64,000 bases of DNA from the human T2T-CHM13v2.0 reference genome, Homo sapiens. Positions 26,431-39,263 of the stretch are shown one piece after another; position 1 is the stretch's first letter, and each line of letters opens with the position of its first letter. The stretch is from assembly GCF_009914755.1 (NCBI RefSeq), contig NC_060931.1, one strand, 5' to 3'. Position numbers and translations under genes: made by a program. The notes beneath the pieces are model-generated. The model saw nothing but the letters and a program-made list of their open reading frames with translations. It was not told the origin of the DNA and did not search any database.

Positions 26431-28742
26431 TGATATGGTTTGTCTGTGTCCCCACCCAAATCTCATCTTGAATTGTAGCTCCCACAAATCCCATGTGTCA
26501 TATGAGGAACCCGGTGGGAGGTGATTTTATTATGGGAGTGGGTCTTTCCTGCACTGTTTTTGTAATAGTGAATGAGTCTTATGAGATCTGATGGTTTTGA
26601 AAATGGGAGTTTCCCTGCACAAACTCTCTTTTTGCCTGCTGCCATTCATGTAAGACATCACTTGCTTCTCCTTGCCTTCCACCATGATTGTGAGGCCTTC
26701 CAGCCATGTGAAACTGTGAGTCCAAATAAACCTTTTTCTTTTGTATATTGCCCAGTCTTAGATATGTCTAATCAGCAGCATGAAAATTGACTAATACAGT
26801 AAATTGGTACCAGTAGAGTGGGGCGTTGCCAAAAAGATCCTTGAAAATGGGAAGCAACTTTAGAACCAGGTAACAGGAAGAGGTTTGAACAGTTTGGAAG
26901 GCTCAGAAGAAGACAGGAAAATGTGGGAAAGTTTGGAACTTCCTAGAGACTTGTTGAATGGCTTTGAGAAAAATGCTGATAGTAATATGAACAATAAGGT
27001 TCAGGCTGAGATGGTCTCAGACGGAGATGACGAACTTGTTGGGAACTGGAGCGAAGGTGACTCTTGTTATGTTTTAGCAAAGAGACTGGTGAGATTTTGC
27101 CCCTGCCTTAGAGATTTGTGGCACTTTAGACTTGAAAGAGATGATTTAAGGTATCTGGTGGAAGAAATTTCTAAGCAGCAAAGCATTCAAGAGGTGACTT
27201 GGGTGCTGTTAAAGGCATTCAGTTTTATAAGGTAAGCAGAGCATAAAAGTTTGGAAAATTTGCAGCCTGACAATGTGATTAAAAAGAAAATCCCATTTTC
27301 TCAGGATAAATTCAAGCCGGCTACAGGAATTTGCATAAGTAATGAGGAGTCGAATGTTAATACTCAAGACAATAGGGAAAATGTCTCCAGGGCGTCAGAG
27401 GTCTTCATGGCAGCCCCTCCAATCACAGGCCCAGAGGCCTAGGAGGAAAAAATGGTTTCATGGGTCAGGCCCAGGATGCCCGTGCTGTGTGCAGTCTAGA
27501 GACTTTGTGCCCTGTGTCTCAGATGTGCCAGCTGTGACTGAAAGGGGCCAAGGTACAGCTCAGACTGTGGCTTCAGAGGGTGCAAGCCCCAAGCCTTGGC
27601 AGCTTCCATGTGGTGTTGAGCCTATGGGTGCACAGAAGTCAAGAATTGAGGTTTGGGAAATTCTGCCTGGATTTCAGAAGATGTGTGGAAAAGCCTGGAT
27701 GTCCAGGCAGAAGTTTGCTGCAGTGGTGGGGCTTTCATGGAGAACTCTGCTAGAGCAGTGTGGAAGGGAAATGTGGGGTCAGAGCCCCCACACAGAGTCC
27801 TTACTGGGGCACTGCCTAGTGGAGCTGTGAGAAGAGGACCAATGTCCTCCAGACCCTAGAATGGTAGATCCATCAACAGTTTGCACTGTGCTCCTGGAAA
27901 AGCCACAGAAAGTCAACACCAATCTGTGAAAGCAGCTGGGAGGGAGGCTGCACCCTGTAGAGCCACAGGAGAAGAGTTGCCCAAGACCATGGGAGCCCAC
28001 CTCTTGCATCAATCAGCATGACCTGGATGTGAGATGTGGAGTCAAAGGAGATAATTTTGGAGCTTTAAGATTTGACTGCCTCACTGGATTTCAGACTTGC
28101 ATGGGGCTTGTAGCCCCTTTGTTTTGGCCAATTTCTCCCATTTGGAATGGCTATATTTACCCAATGCCTATACCCCCATTGTATCTAGGAAGTAACTAAC
28201 TTGCTTTTAATTTTACAGGCTCAAAGGCAGAAGAGACTTGTCTCAGATGAGTCATTGGACTGTGGACTTTTGAGTTAATGCTGAAATGAGTTAAGACTTT
28301 GGGGGACTGTTGGGAAGGCATGATTGGTTTGAAATGTGAGGACATGAGATTTGGGAGGGGCCAAGGGTGGAATGATGTGGTTTGGCTGTGTCCCCACCCA
28401 AATCTCATCTTGAATTGTAATTCACACAATTCTGAGGTGTCATGGGAGGAACCTGGTGGGAGGTGATTGAATTATGGGGGTGGGTCTTTCCTGTGCCATT
28501 CCCATTATAGTGAATGAGCCTCACAAGATCTAATGGTTTTAAAAATGGGAGTTTTCCTGCACAAACTCTCTTTTTGCCTGCTGCCATCCATGTAAGACGT
28601 GACTTGTTCCTCCTTGCCTTCTGCCATGATTGTGAGGCCTCTCCAGCCACATGGAACTGTGAGTCCAGTTAAGCCTCTTTCTTTTGTAAATTGCCCAGTC
28701 TCAGGTATGTCTTTATCAGCAGCATGAAAACTGACTAATACA
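26431..28742 (+). mobile_element. Complete THE1C-like MaLR element: 5' LTR 26431-26798, internal 26799-28372, 3' LTR 28373-28742
   Basis: Two homologous TGAT..GGTTT...GACTAATACA LTRs. The internal region gives typical THE1-int peptides (NSLEGSEEDRKMWESLELPRDLLNGF). Exact 5-bp TSD CCTAC. Confidence 0.96.
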
Positions 28743-31732
28743 CCTACTCTATTTAAAAAATAGTTCAATTACACAAATGCATTGTTTTAAAATAGTCTAT
28801 AAAGATAAAAAGTATATATATAGCTGCAAAAAAGCTAGTCATCTTTTCTAAATCTGAGGCTTTCTTTATTGGTATATCTAACCTGGATCTAGCTAATAAA
28901 TCAATTTTTTTTCAGTCTTCCTGTTTATATAGTTTTAGTTCCTTAGCTAAATTAGGTAAAGTGAAATCCCTAGCATTCTAAACATATTAACTTGTATATA
29001 AACAGGAAGATTCAAAGGAGGTTAGCTGGACCAAGAGCTAGATCTACTCTTGAATTATAGTCATATGTTGTAAAGGGAAACATCATTAGTTTTGGTGCAT
29101 TTGCCAGAAAAAATCTCTATGGTTTTATTTTTTTTGCTTTTGTCTCTTGTGAGAATGCAAGAAGTTTAAAACTGGAAATCTGTCATTGGAAAACATCCTT
29201 TTTAAAAACAGGTGTAGAATAGAATTGAATGTGTACTTCCAGACCATGTAAGAAGTCAAGGAGATAAAATTGCACTTTCACTCTGCTAAAGCCAACAGCT
29301 ATTTACAAGGTTTCCTGCAGGAGCAGGAAAAAGACTATGAAAAATTCACAAGATTGTTTAGCTGAGGAAGGGTGAACATATGCCAGAAGATTTTGAAACA
29401 TGCAACTTTAAATCTAAAGCAATAAGAAAGACCAAATTGTATACCCATAGCTATTGTTAATTGCTTATTTGTTCATATATATAATATCAACAGGGATGTT
29501 ACTGACTTAAGGTGGTTTGGTCATTGTGAATGATTATTACAAATTTAATTTCAGTCATATAAAAGACAATTTTCCTAGGTATTATTTACTTTAATAAAAT
29601 GTTCTGGTACTCAATGTTAACATTATTGGATAAAATCAGAGCTACTGACTGTGGCTCTATAACAAATGTTTTCTCAATATGGAGATCAATGGGTAAACTT
29701 GACATTGTACCTGTGACCTTGGAAGCCAGTGCATGTTATTTTAACTCCCTCATGTAGCAATGTATGTGTTTCTTATGAAGTTATGGAAGGTATTTAGAAT
29801 ACTCTTCTTTTATCTTGGGGAACCTTTCTGATGTGTTCCCTAAGCAGGCTTATTGTACTGTTTGTTTCATTAAATTGCATACATGTGTGGGGAAAGGATG
29901 ATGGTTCCAGTTGGATTGTCTAGCTCATTGTAACCTATATTAAATTTAGGTTGTGGAAGTTCTCTTTATCTCCTGATGTCTCCATCTACTCTTGTCTCAT
30001 GAATACCCACTTCTAGCTGAGTAAACATAACTTCAGAAGATTTTCATTAGCAGGAGTAGGAACAGTTTCTGTAAAGGCAGCAGACCAAAGACTAAATAGG
30101 TTGCCAATCATCCTAATTCTCTCCATTTCAAAGTACCAATGGCATGTAAAATTAATTCTGCATTAAGCTTAAAACCAATTAATTTCTCATCCTTGTATAT
30201 TTCAACGGGAATGTGAATTTTCTGTTTAAAGTTTTTGGGTACACTAGGAATAGGATTTAATTGTCTAGCCTGGCCAACACTTATGGCAAAATCCATGCCA
30301 TCCACTTCATTCTGTTTTTCAGACAGGTATATCTTCCTGATGGCATGATTTTATAGCCACCCACCCGCCCCCCCCAAAAAAAAACTCCATCCAACATTTG
30401 GAACTCTTCTCAAGTATGGTACTTTTTCAGTAATCCTTATCAATGTTGAAAATGTTACCCTTGACATGTGGAGGATTTAACTATGTAAAGACTGCAAAAT
30501 ACCAAGTTTTTACTTAGTTGGTCTGAGGTTGTCTTTGAGACAGTGATGCATAGCAAAACTTTCATTGCCCTTGAAACTTGGCTCTTGAACTTTAATATGA
30601 AACAAACAGCTGAGCTCACAGTAAGAAGCTGTGAAAAGGCATCTTCATGAATTGGGTAATTAAAAATATATGCCTTCATTTCATACATTTATGGCAATAC
30701 ACTAAGTCTAAGCAGTAAATATACTGAGATGGCTATAAACTTTTCAGATGTGGTCATGGGTGATTAAACATTGAGACTGATTCATTCTTGCACATTGAGA
30801 AAATAATGGTCATGTGTGTATGTGTCTGTGTGAAAATGAAAAGTACATAAAACTAAATTGTAGTTAAGATTCTGAATCAAGTCAGACATAGTGATAGCCT
30901 TAAGACTTTTCTTTTTAATTTCCTGTAAAAAGGATAAAAGTGCACAAAGGAAACAATTGTAAGACATGAGAGATTCCAACAGGGGATAAGTGTCTTGCTC
31001 AATGCTCTGTGTGTTCCCGAGAAATCAAAACTCTCTTCATCTGTTCTTTCTTTCATTTCTAAATCAGGAAGAGAAGCGGAGTATTAGAGACCTGGGCCAG
31101 GGACACAATGGATTCTTTAGGGGCATTGTGGGATAACGGCACTGGGCACAGGCATTTTAAATAAAAATGGAAGTGGCTAAAAGTGTGTTTATACATGGCT
31201 TGTTAATTAGATTCTGTCTTCTTGGAGTGATGGCGTCTCACTGGTGATTAACTCTTACTTCAGATTCACTTTCTGTTTTTCTTCTGTGTAGCTGGACAGA
31301 ACTCAGGGGCTTCTTTCCCCCACACCTTTCTTGCTCCCAGAGACAGCCCAGACAGCTTATGGAAAGCTCAGCAGAAAGCACAGCTGGATGGAATAGTTTA
31401 CACTACTGTTCAAAGCCTGAGGGAAAAATGCCTTCTTTCTCAGCATACTTTTTCTGGGTTCTTCTCTCTTTCAGAGTGGTACAGTCTATGGGCCAAGGTT
31501 AGGGTCTGAGCTGAGGGGAATGGGGCCAAGGGAACAGAGGATGACAAGGAACCTCATCCTCTGTCAGGGACAGGGGTGATGGACCTAGGCCTGTCTTTAG
31601 CCTAAAGGAGAACTTCGCTTCTTAAATATAACAAACTTGCTATGAATAGGAGCTTTGTATGTATTTGGGTCCAAGCCTTTACTTTAAATTTTGGGTGTCC
31701 TTCTTTTCCTCTTTGTTTATGAGTGTGTACAT

Positions 31733-31735
<3 letters not shown>

Positions 31736-31768
<33 letters not shown>

Positions 31769-31772
31769 GCAC
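31736..31772. repeat. (CA)n microsatellite
   Basis: Visible directly. Confidence 0.95.
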
Positions 31773-32199
31773 TTAGAATACATAGGAGATTCATTGCGAT
31801 GGATCAGGCTATTAAAGACAGCCAGTAATGGCTTTCTCTCTCCATCTTGAACATAATATTAATATCATATAACTTTCTCTCATAGTACTTATCATTTCCT
31901 CTCTTGTTTTACCCTTGCACATATTCAAGGTTTACCTTCTTCATTAGGCTGAAAGCTATTTAGAGGCTGGATCTATGATTTATCTTTAATTCTCAATATT
32001 GCCTTCACATGATAGCCACTCAAACATTTATTGATTAATTAACTGATACTTCCCATAGCAACATTTAGACAAGCACTAAGGAAATATTTATGAGAAATCA
32101 ACAACTGGTTCTTTGATTGGGGAACTTTTGATTGGATATCTATAGAGATAGAGATTAGAGTTGATGTCCTAGTAACTACCTGCATTTTTCAAAAAACAT

Positions 32200-32392
32200 T
32201 TTACATTGAAAATTAGACACACACAAAAGTGAGTAAAAGAGTATATAGTGAGCCTGATCTACTTATAACCCAGCTTCAACAATTATCTACACATAAACAA
32301 TCTTATTTGATCTGTACTCAATCTCCATAAATGCAGATTAGTTTGAAGCAAATTCAAAACGTCATTTAATTTTAGCTGTAAATATTTCAGTT
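32200..32392 (-). mobile_element. Old L1MC-type 3' end fragment
   Basis: ACCCAGCTTCAACAATTATC...GATTAGTTTGAAGCAAATTC...TAAATATTTCAGT. A similar relic lies near 52200-52370. Confidence 0.55.
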
Positions 32393-32917
32393 TTCTCAAT
32401 GCATCTTAATTGCTCTGCTGCATATCTCTGTTGGGTCACTATGCAATATTCTTCTGAAATGATTACATATAATGTGTGCTTCAGTGTTAATTAGGTGAGT
32501 GTTATAAACTTGCCTTAGAAACTTACTGTGAACCCCTTGGTGAGGCAATTAAGATTGTGATGACTTAGCTGTACAAGAAGACATGAAAGAAAAGCTAAGA
32601 ATCCAAAAAAGGGATGTTCTGTTTGTTCCTTGTCACACTGATTTGAGTGCCAACATCCCAAAGTGGAATCAATTTTTGCAGACCAAGCTCAAGTTTAGCA
32701 ATATATTGTGATGGTAAACATACCAGGTGACACCTATTCTTGGGTCTGCCACAGGCACCACTTTCAACATCTGGAATGGTTAAAGAATAACCCCCAGAAG
32801 CCACAGTGAAAAGCCAAGTAGAGACAGGATCACAAATCCATGTGTCCTTATGTATAGCAGTGTGTCAACCAGCCACCATAGCAGGGCTCTCTGGTACTCA
32901 GCTTGGTTGGATCATGA

Positions 32918-33221
<304 letters not shown>

Positions 33222-35634
33222 AGATGAGGATATTTTCTAAGCGATTCCTGATTAGTCAGTTAAAAATCTCTTTAAAAGCATGTTTGCATCTCCACAACAT
33301 TTAGCAGAATGCCTATAGGTGCACAGTAGGTACTTAGTATCTATTTGCTGAATTCAGTAGTGAGTGTGAGCAAAAATAGAATAGCACTTAGATATCAGGG
33401 CAGCAATAGCTACCTTAAGGAATATCATGAAATACTGCTTAACTGTTTATTTTTAGAAAATACTAACAGAAGCAGAAATCTATTTTTGACACATAGCAAA
33501 CAGCAAAGAAAGGATGACTGTGCTTTAATATTACATAGTCAAAAATATATATGTACTCTGAATAGTTTTACATAAGACAGATGCATTTGAGATGTAGGTA
33601 CACAGTGGCAGGAGCATGCCTGGCTCATACGCAGTCTGTGGAAATCACATTAATGGATTCCTTCCTTCCAGCAGAGGCACTGATATAAATAGATTCAATT
33701 CACACTGGGGAATTGTTTTTTGGCGGCTAAAGTATCCATCCAGGGGTCACATTACCATTCACAATATTGTGCTGACAGGGAACGGGGAGTTTGATAAAGA
33801 TTTGTGATATGGAAAAGTTCTCTGTGATCCTGTTGTCCCAAAGTACCTATCTAAATGATCATCCTATAGATTTTCACAGCCTTCAAACTTAATGGAATTA
33901 TTTAGACATTGTTAGGAATGCAGGCAGAGAGTGTTAAGATACTTGATAAATATACATAAATCCTGTGTCATGAATCATTTTTCTTTCATGTGGGCTAAAA
34001 GGGATGTTAAATAACCATATTATTAATAGCTGAAGAAACACCTATTTTTGCAAAGTAGAGCTTCGGTCACAGGTCAGCTTGGAGTGTATGACTTAGACTA
34101 GATGTTTAAGTGGAACTTCCTCCCCCATCCACCCTCTTCCCATCCACTTCTACAACTTGGGACTAGTATATTTCGCTGTGCCTATATACAGAGAAGGATG
34201 GACAGTCCTACATGGGCTGTATGAAATCTGTGAGAGAGAAAGGGTCAGGTCTCTGAGAGGATGTTCCAACCTCACTCACTAATTCTGCTGTAAGGAGGGG
34301 AAGAGTAGTTTTAGAGTGGGAGGACTCACAGGTCTGTGTCTTGTAAGGCACAGGGACTTTACGCTAGAGTAACCATGACCAATAAATACCTCTGTTTCCA
34401 ACCAATATGATTAGCAACTCTTTCTATTTTGTGGGGGAAAGCTGCCAGGGAAGTGGACAGAGACATGAAGGGTGAATATAGGAATGTAGCTTCCTCTTTA
34501 TTATTTACTAGTAGTTAATAGTTATGTCACATTAAAGCATTGGCTGCAACAAATATTAGTATTTATCCATGTTCCCTAACTTATTGGTACAAATAAAATC
34601 ATAGAACAGCCATACTTAAATTTTGTTGGTTAAATGCTTATACCTGGTAATACAAAACCTCCATTCCCCTGATCATTGTCTCAAAGTATTTTTGTAAGCA
34701 GCTAAATCATGTGTGCAGTACTCCTTCAGCATCTGCGCAGTCTATATTGTTGCTTAACAAGGGGCTACATCAGCTTTTCCTGCTTCCTTGTCGGACACAA
34801 TTCCCTTTTAATGTCTGCTTGTGTTCTAAAGGTGTTAACATTTCCTGGTAGTTTGCAGTGGAGTGAGGAAGAAAGCTCTTTTCTCTTAGACTCACACTGT
34901 ACTAGCAGCCCAAGTCAATGCTGCTTGGCCACACATGGTTCATCAAACGAGTCTCTCCATAAAACTCTCTTAAACTAGGACCCAAACATGTGTCCAGGCT
35001 CATTGAGGTATTGGTTGAAGTAACAGCCATCATTTAGTGTCTAGGTAAAGAATCACTTTACTTCTTTTGACACTAAGGTTTTCTAACTCGATAAAGGTTG
35101 TTACCTGCCTGCTGCTTTTCCTTTTGGAAAGAACTTTCTAAAGTGGGTTCCATTTGCCTTCTGAAAACAGATTTCTGTTGGGTCACATGCTGAAGCTCAG
35201 CATGTGGCCAAAGCTTCAGCTTGTTCCTTCCTTGAGTATTCTCAGGCCCACTAAAAATGGCCTTATCATGGCCTCTCCTGTCTCATGTGCCCAGATTCTC
35301 TATGCAAAACTGGACTTAGCTGACATCACTGTAGGTGACTACTCCTCTATCTCAGACCTGTCACTCAAATATCCAACACATCTGACTTTGACCCATAGAT
35401 TTCTCAGGGCTCCACTTGTACATCCAATTCAGCCCATGTGGTTTGCTATCTTGGTGCCTTGACTGCTTCAGAATTTAGGATTTGGAGGAGATCTTCCTAA
35501 TTTTTTTTTTAAATTTGGTAATGTTCCTTTGTCTCATTTTCTGTCTGCCTGTCTCTTGTGTTTTTCTTTTTAACTTTTATTTTAGGTTTGGGGGTTTGTC
35601 AACAAACCCCCGTGACACATGTTTACCTATGTAA

Positions 35635-36836
35635 CAAAATAATTGTGGTTTTTTGCATTGTTGAAGTTTGCTGTTTGATATTGGAATACACTCTTAAACA
35701 TAGTTATGTTATATTAATGCATCATTTTAATGCACATTTCTTGCTTTAATTTTTTTTCTAATGGCTTACTACTTGCTGTTTATGTTTATTTTGGACTATG
35801 GAAGTGATGTTAGACAAAAAGCAAATTCAAGCAATTTTCTTGTTTGAGTTCAAAATGGGTAATAAAGCAATAGAAACAACTTGCAACCACCAGTGGTGGT
35901 TCAAGAAGTTTTGCAAAGGAGACAAGAGCCTTGATAATAAGGAGCATTGTGGCCAACTACTGGAAGCTGACAATGACCAACTGAGAGCAATCATCGAAGC
36001 TGATCCTTTCACGACTGCAGGAGAAGTTGCTGGAGAACTCAGTGTCAACCATTCTGTGGTCATTTGGCATTTGAAGCAAATTGGAAAGGTAAAAAAGCTT
36101 GATAAGTGGGTGCCTCATGAGCTGAGCAAAGAAAAAAGTTGTCATTTTGAAGTGTCTTCTTCTCTTATTCTACACGACAACAACAAACCATTTCTGGGAT
36201 TGGACTGTGATGTGCAACAAAAAGTGGATTTTATACAACAATCAGTGACAACCAGCTCAGTGGTTGGACCTAGAAGAAGCTCCAAAGCCCTTCTCAAAGC
36301 CAAACTTGCACCAAAAAAAAAAAGTCATGGTCATTGTTTGGTGGTCTGCTGCCAGTCTGATCCACTACGTCTGAGAATTATGCTCAGCAAATCAATGAGA
36401 TGCACTGAAAACTGCAATGCCTGAATCCGGCATTGGTCAACAGAAAGGGCTCAATTCTTCTCCATAACAATGCCAGACTACGTGTCGCACAGCCAACGTT
36501 TCAAAAGTTGAATGAATTGCGTTACGAAGTTTTGCCTCACCTGCCATATTCACCTGCCCTCTTGCCAACCAGCTACCACTTCCTGAAGCATCTCGACAAC
36601 TTTTTGCAGGGAAAATGCTTCCACAACCAGCAAGATGCAGAAAATGCTTTCCAAGAGTTAATCGAATCCTGAAGCACAGATTTTTACGCTACAGGAATAA
36701 ACAAACTTATTTCTCATTGGTAAAAATGTGTTGATTTTAAGGGTTGCTATTTTGATTAATAAAGATGTGTTTGAGCCTAGTTAAAATGATGTAAAATTCA
36801 CGGTCTGAAACCGCAATTACTTTTGCACAAATCTAA
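35635..36836 (+). mobile_element. Hsmar1 mariner transposon, near full length
   Basis: Right TIR AAACCGCAATTACTTTTGCACAAATCTAA followed by TA (36837-36838). Partial left TIR CAAAATAATTGTGGTTTT. Transposase remnant between them. Confidence 0.96.
35798..36757 (+). pseudogene. Dead Hsmar1 transposase (related to the SETMAR transposase domain, but not SETMAR)
   Basis: MEVMLDKKQIQAIFLFEFKMG, WVPHEL, HLPYSP. Has frameshifts, stops and two internal deletions. The catalytic Asp positions read N (CNKKW), N (HNNA) and S (PTSY). Confidence 0.93.
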
Positions 36837-37083
36837 TATTTCATCATCCAGATATTAAGCCCAGTACCCAATAGTTATCTTTTCTACTCCTCTCCCTACC
36901 TCTTCCGTCCCCGCTTAAGTAGGCCTCGGTGTGTGTTGTTTCCTTCTTTGTGTTTGTAAGTTCTTATTATTTAGTTCCCACTTATAAGTGAGAACATATG
37001 GTATTTGGCTTACTGTTCCTTTGTTAGTTTGCTAAGGATGATAGCCTCTAGCTCCATTCATGCTCCCGCAAAAGACATGATCT

Positions 37084-37382
37084 TTTTTTTTTTTTTTTTT
37101 TTAGGATGGAGTCTCCCTCTGTCGCCCAGGCTGGAGTACAGTGGCGTGATCTCAGCTCACTGCAACCTCCCCCTCCCAGGTTCAAGTGATTGTCCTGCCT
37201 CAGCCTCCTGAGTAACTGGGATTAGAGGTGCCTGCCACCACAACCAGTGAATTTTTGTATTTTCAGTAGAGACGGGGTTTCACCATGTTGGTCAGGCTGG
37301 TCTCCAACTCCTGACCTTGTGATCCACCTGCCTTGGCCTCCCAAAGTGCTGGGATTACAGGCATGAGCCACCGTGTCCGGCC
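37084..37382 (-). mobile_element. AluS (AluSg-like) inserted in L1
   Basis: Full antisense Alu. TSD ACATGATCT at 37075 and 37384. Confidence 0.94.
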
Positions 37383-38938
37383 TACATGATCTCATTCTTT
37401 TTTATGGCTGCATAGTATTCCATGGTATATATGTACCACATTTTCTTTATCCAATGTGTCATTGATGGGCATTTAGGTTGATTTCATGTCTTTGCTATTA
37501 TAAATAGTACTGCAATAAACATACGTGTGCAGGTGCCTTCATAGTAGAATGATTTATAATCCTCTGGATAAATACTCAGCAATGGGATTGCTGGGTCAAA
37601 TAGTAGTACTGCTTTTAGCTTTTTGAGGAATCACCATACTGCTTTCCACAATGTTTGAACTAATTTACACTCCCACCAACAGTGTATGAGTGTTCCTTTT
37701 CTACGCAACTTCACCGGCATCTGCTATTTTTTTTTGACTTTTTAAATTGCCATTCTGACTGGTGTGAGATGGTATCTCATTGTGGTTTTGATTTTCATTT
37801 CTCTAATGATCAGTGATATTGAGCTTCTTTATGCTTGCTGGCCACATGTATGTCTTCTTTCGAGAAGTGTCTGTTCCTGTCCTTTGCCCACTTTTTAATA
37901 GAGTTGTTTTTTTTTCTTGCAAAGTTGTTTAAGTTCCTTATAGACATTGGACACTAGACCTCTGTCAGATGGATAAATTACAAATATTTTCTCCCATTCT
38001 GTGGTTGTCTGTTTACTCTGTTGATACTTTTTCTTTTGCTGTGCAAAAGCTCTTAAGTTGAATTAGATCCTACTTGTCAATGTTTGCTTTTGTTGCAATT
38101 GCTTTTGATGTCTTTGTCATGAAACCTTTGCCCATTCCTATGTCCAGGGTGATATTGCCTAGGCTGTATTCCAGGGTTTTGGGTTTTACATTTAAGCCTT
38201 TAATCCATCTTCAGTTTATTTTCGTATATGGTGTAAGGAAGGGTCCAGCTTCAATCTTCTGTATATGGCTAGCCAGTTATCCTAGCTTCATGTATTGAAA
38301 AGGGAATCTTTTCCCCCTTGCTTGTTTTTGTCAGCTTTGTTGAAGGTCTGATGGTCATAAATGTGTGGCCTTATTTCTGGGCTCTCTATTCTGTTCCATT
38401 GGTCTATGTGTCTGTTTTTGTACCACTACCATGTTGTTTTGGTTACTGTAGCCTTGTGGTATGATTTGAAGTTGGGTAACCTGATGTCTCCAGCTTTGTT
38501 CTTTTTGCTTAGGATTGCCTTGGCTATTTGGGCTCTTTTTTGGTTCCATATGAATTTTAAAATATTTTTTTCTAGTTCTGTGAAGAATGTCATTAGTAGT
38601 ATGATGGGAATAGCATTGAATCTGTAAATTGCCTTGGGCCGTATATCCATTTTAGTGACATTGATTCTTCCTATCCATGAGAATGGGATGATTTTTCCAT
38701 TTGTTTGTGTCTTCTCTGCTTTCTTTGAGCAGTGTTTTGTAATTCTCATTGTAGAGATCTTTCACCTCCCTGGTTAGCTGTATTCCTAGGTATTTTATTC
38801 TTTTTGTGGCATTTGTGGTTTAGCTCTTGGTTTGGCTATTGTTGGTGTATTGGAATGCTAGTTTTTCTTTTGGACATTGATTTTGTATCCTGCAACTTTG
38901 CTGAAGTTGTTTACCAGCTGAAGGAGCTTTTGGGCTGA

Positions 38939-39263
<325 letters not shown>

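Noticed and set aside
35798-36757. SETMAR gene exon
   Set aside because: No SET-domain exons are present. The ORF has frameshifts, stops and deletions, and it sits in a TIR-bounded element inserted at a TA in an L1, so it is an ordinary Hsmar1 fossil.
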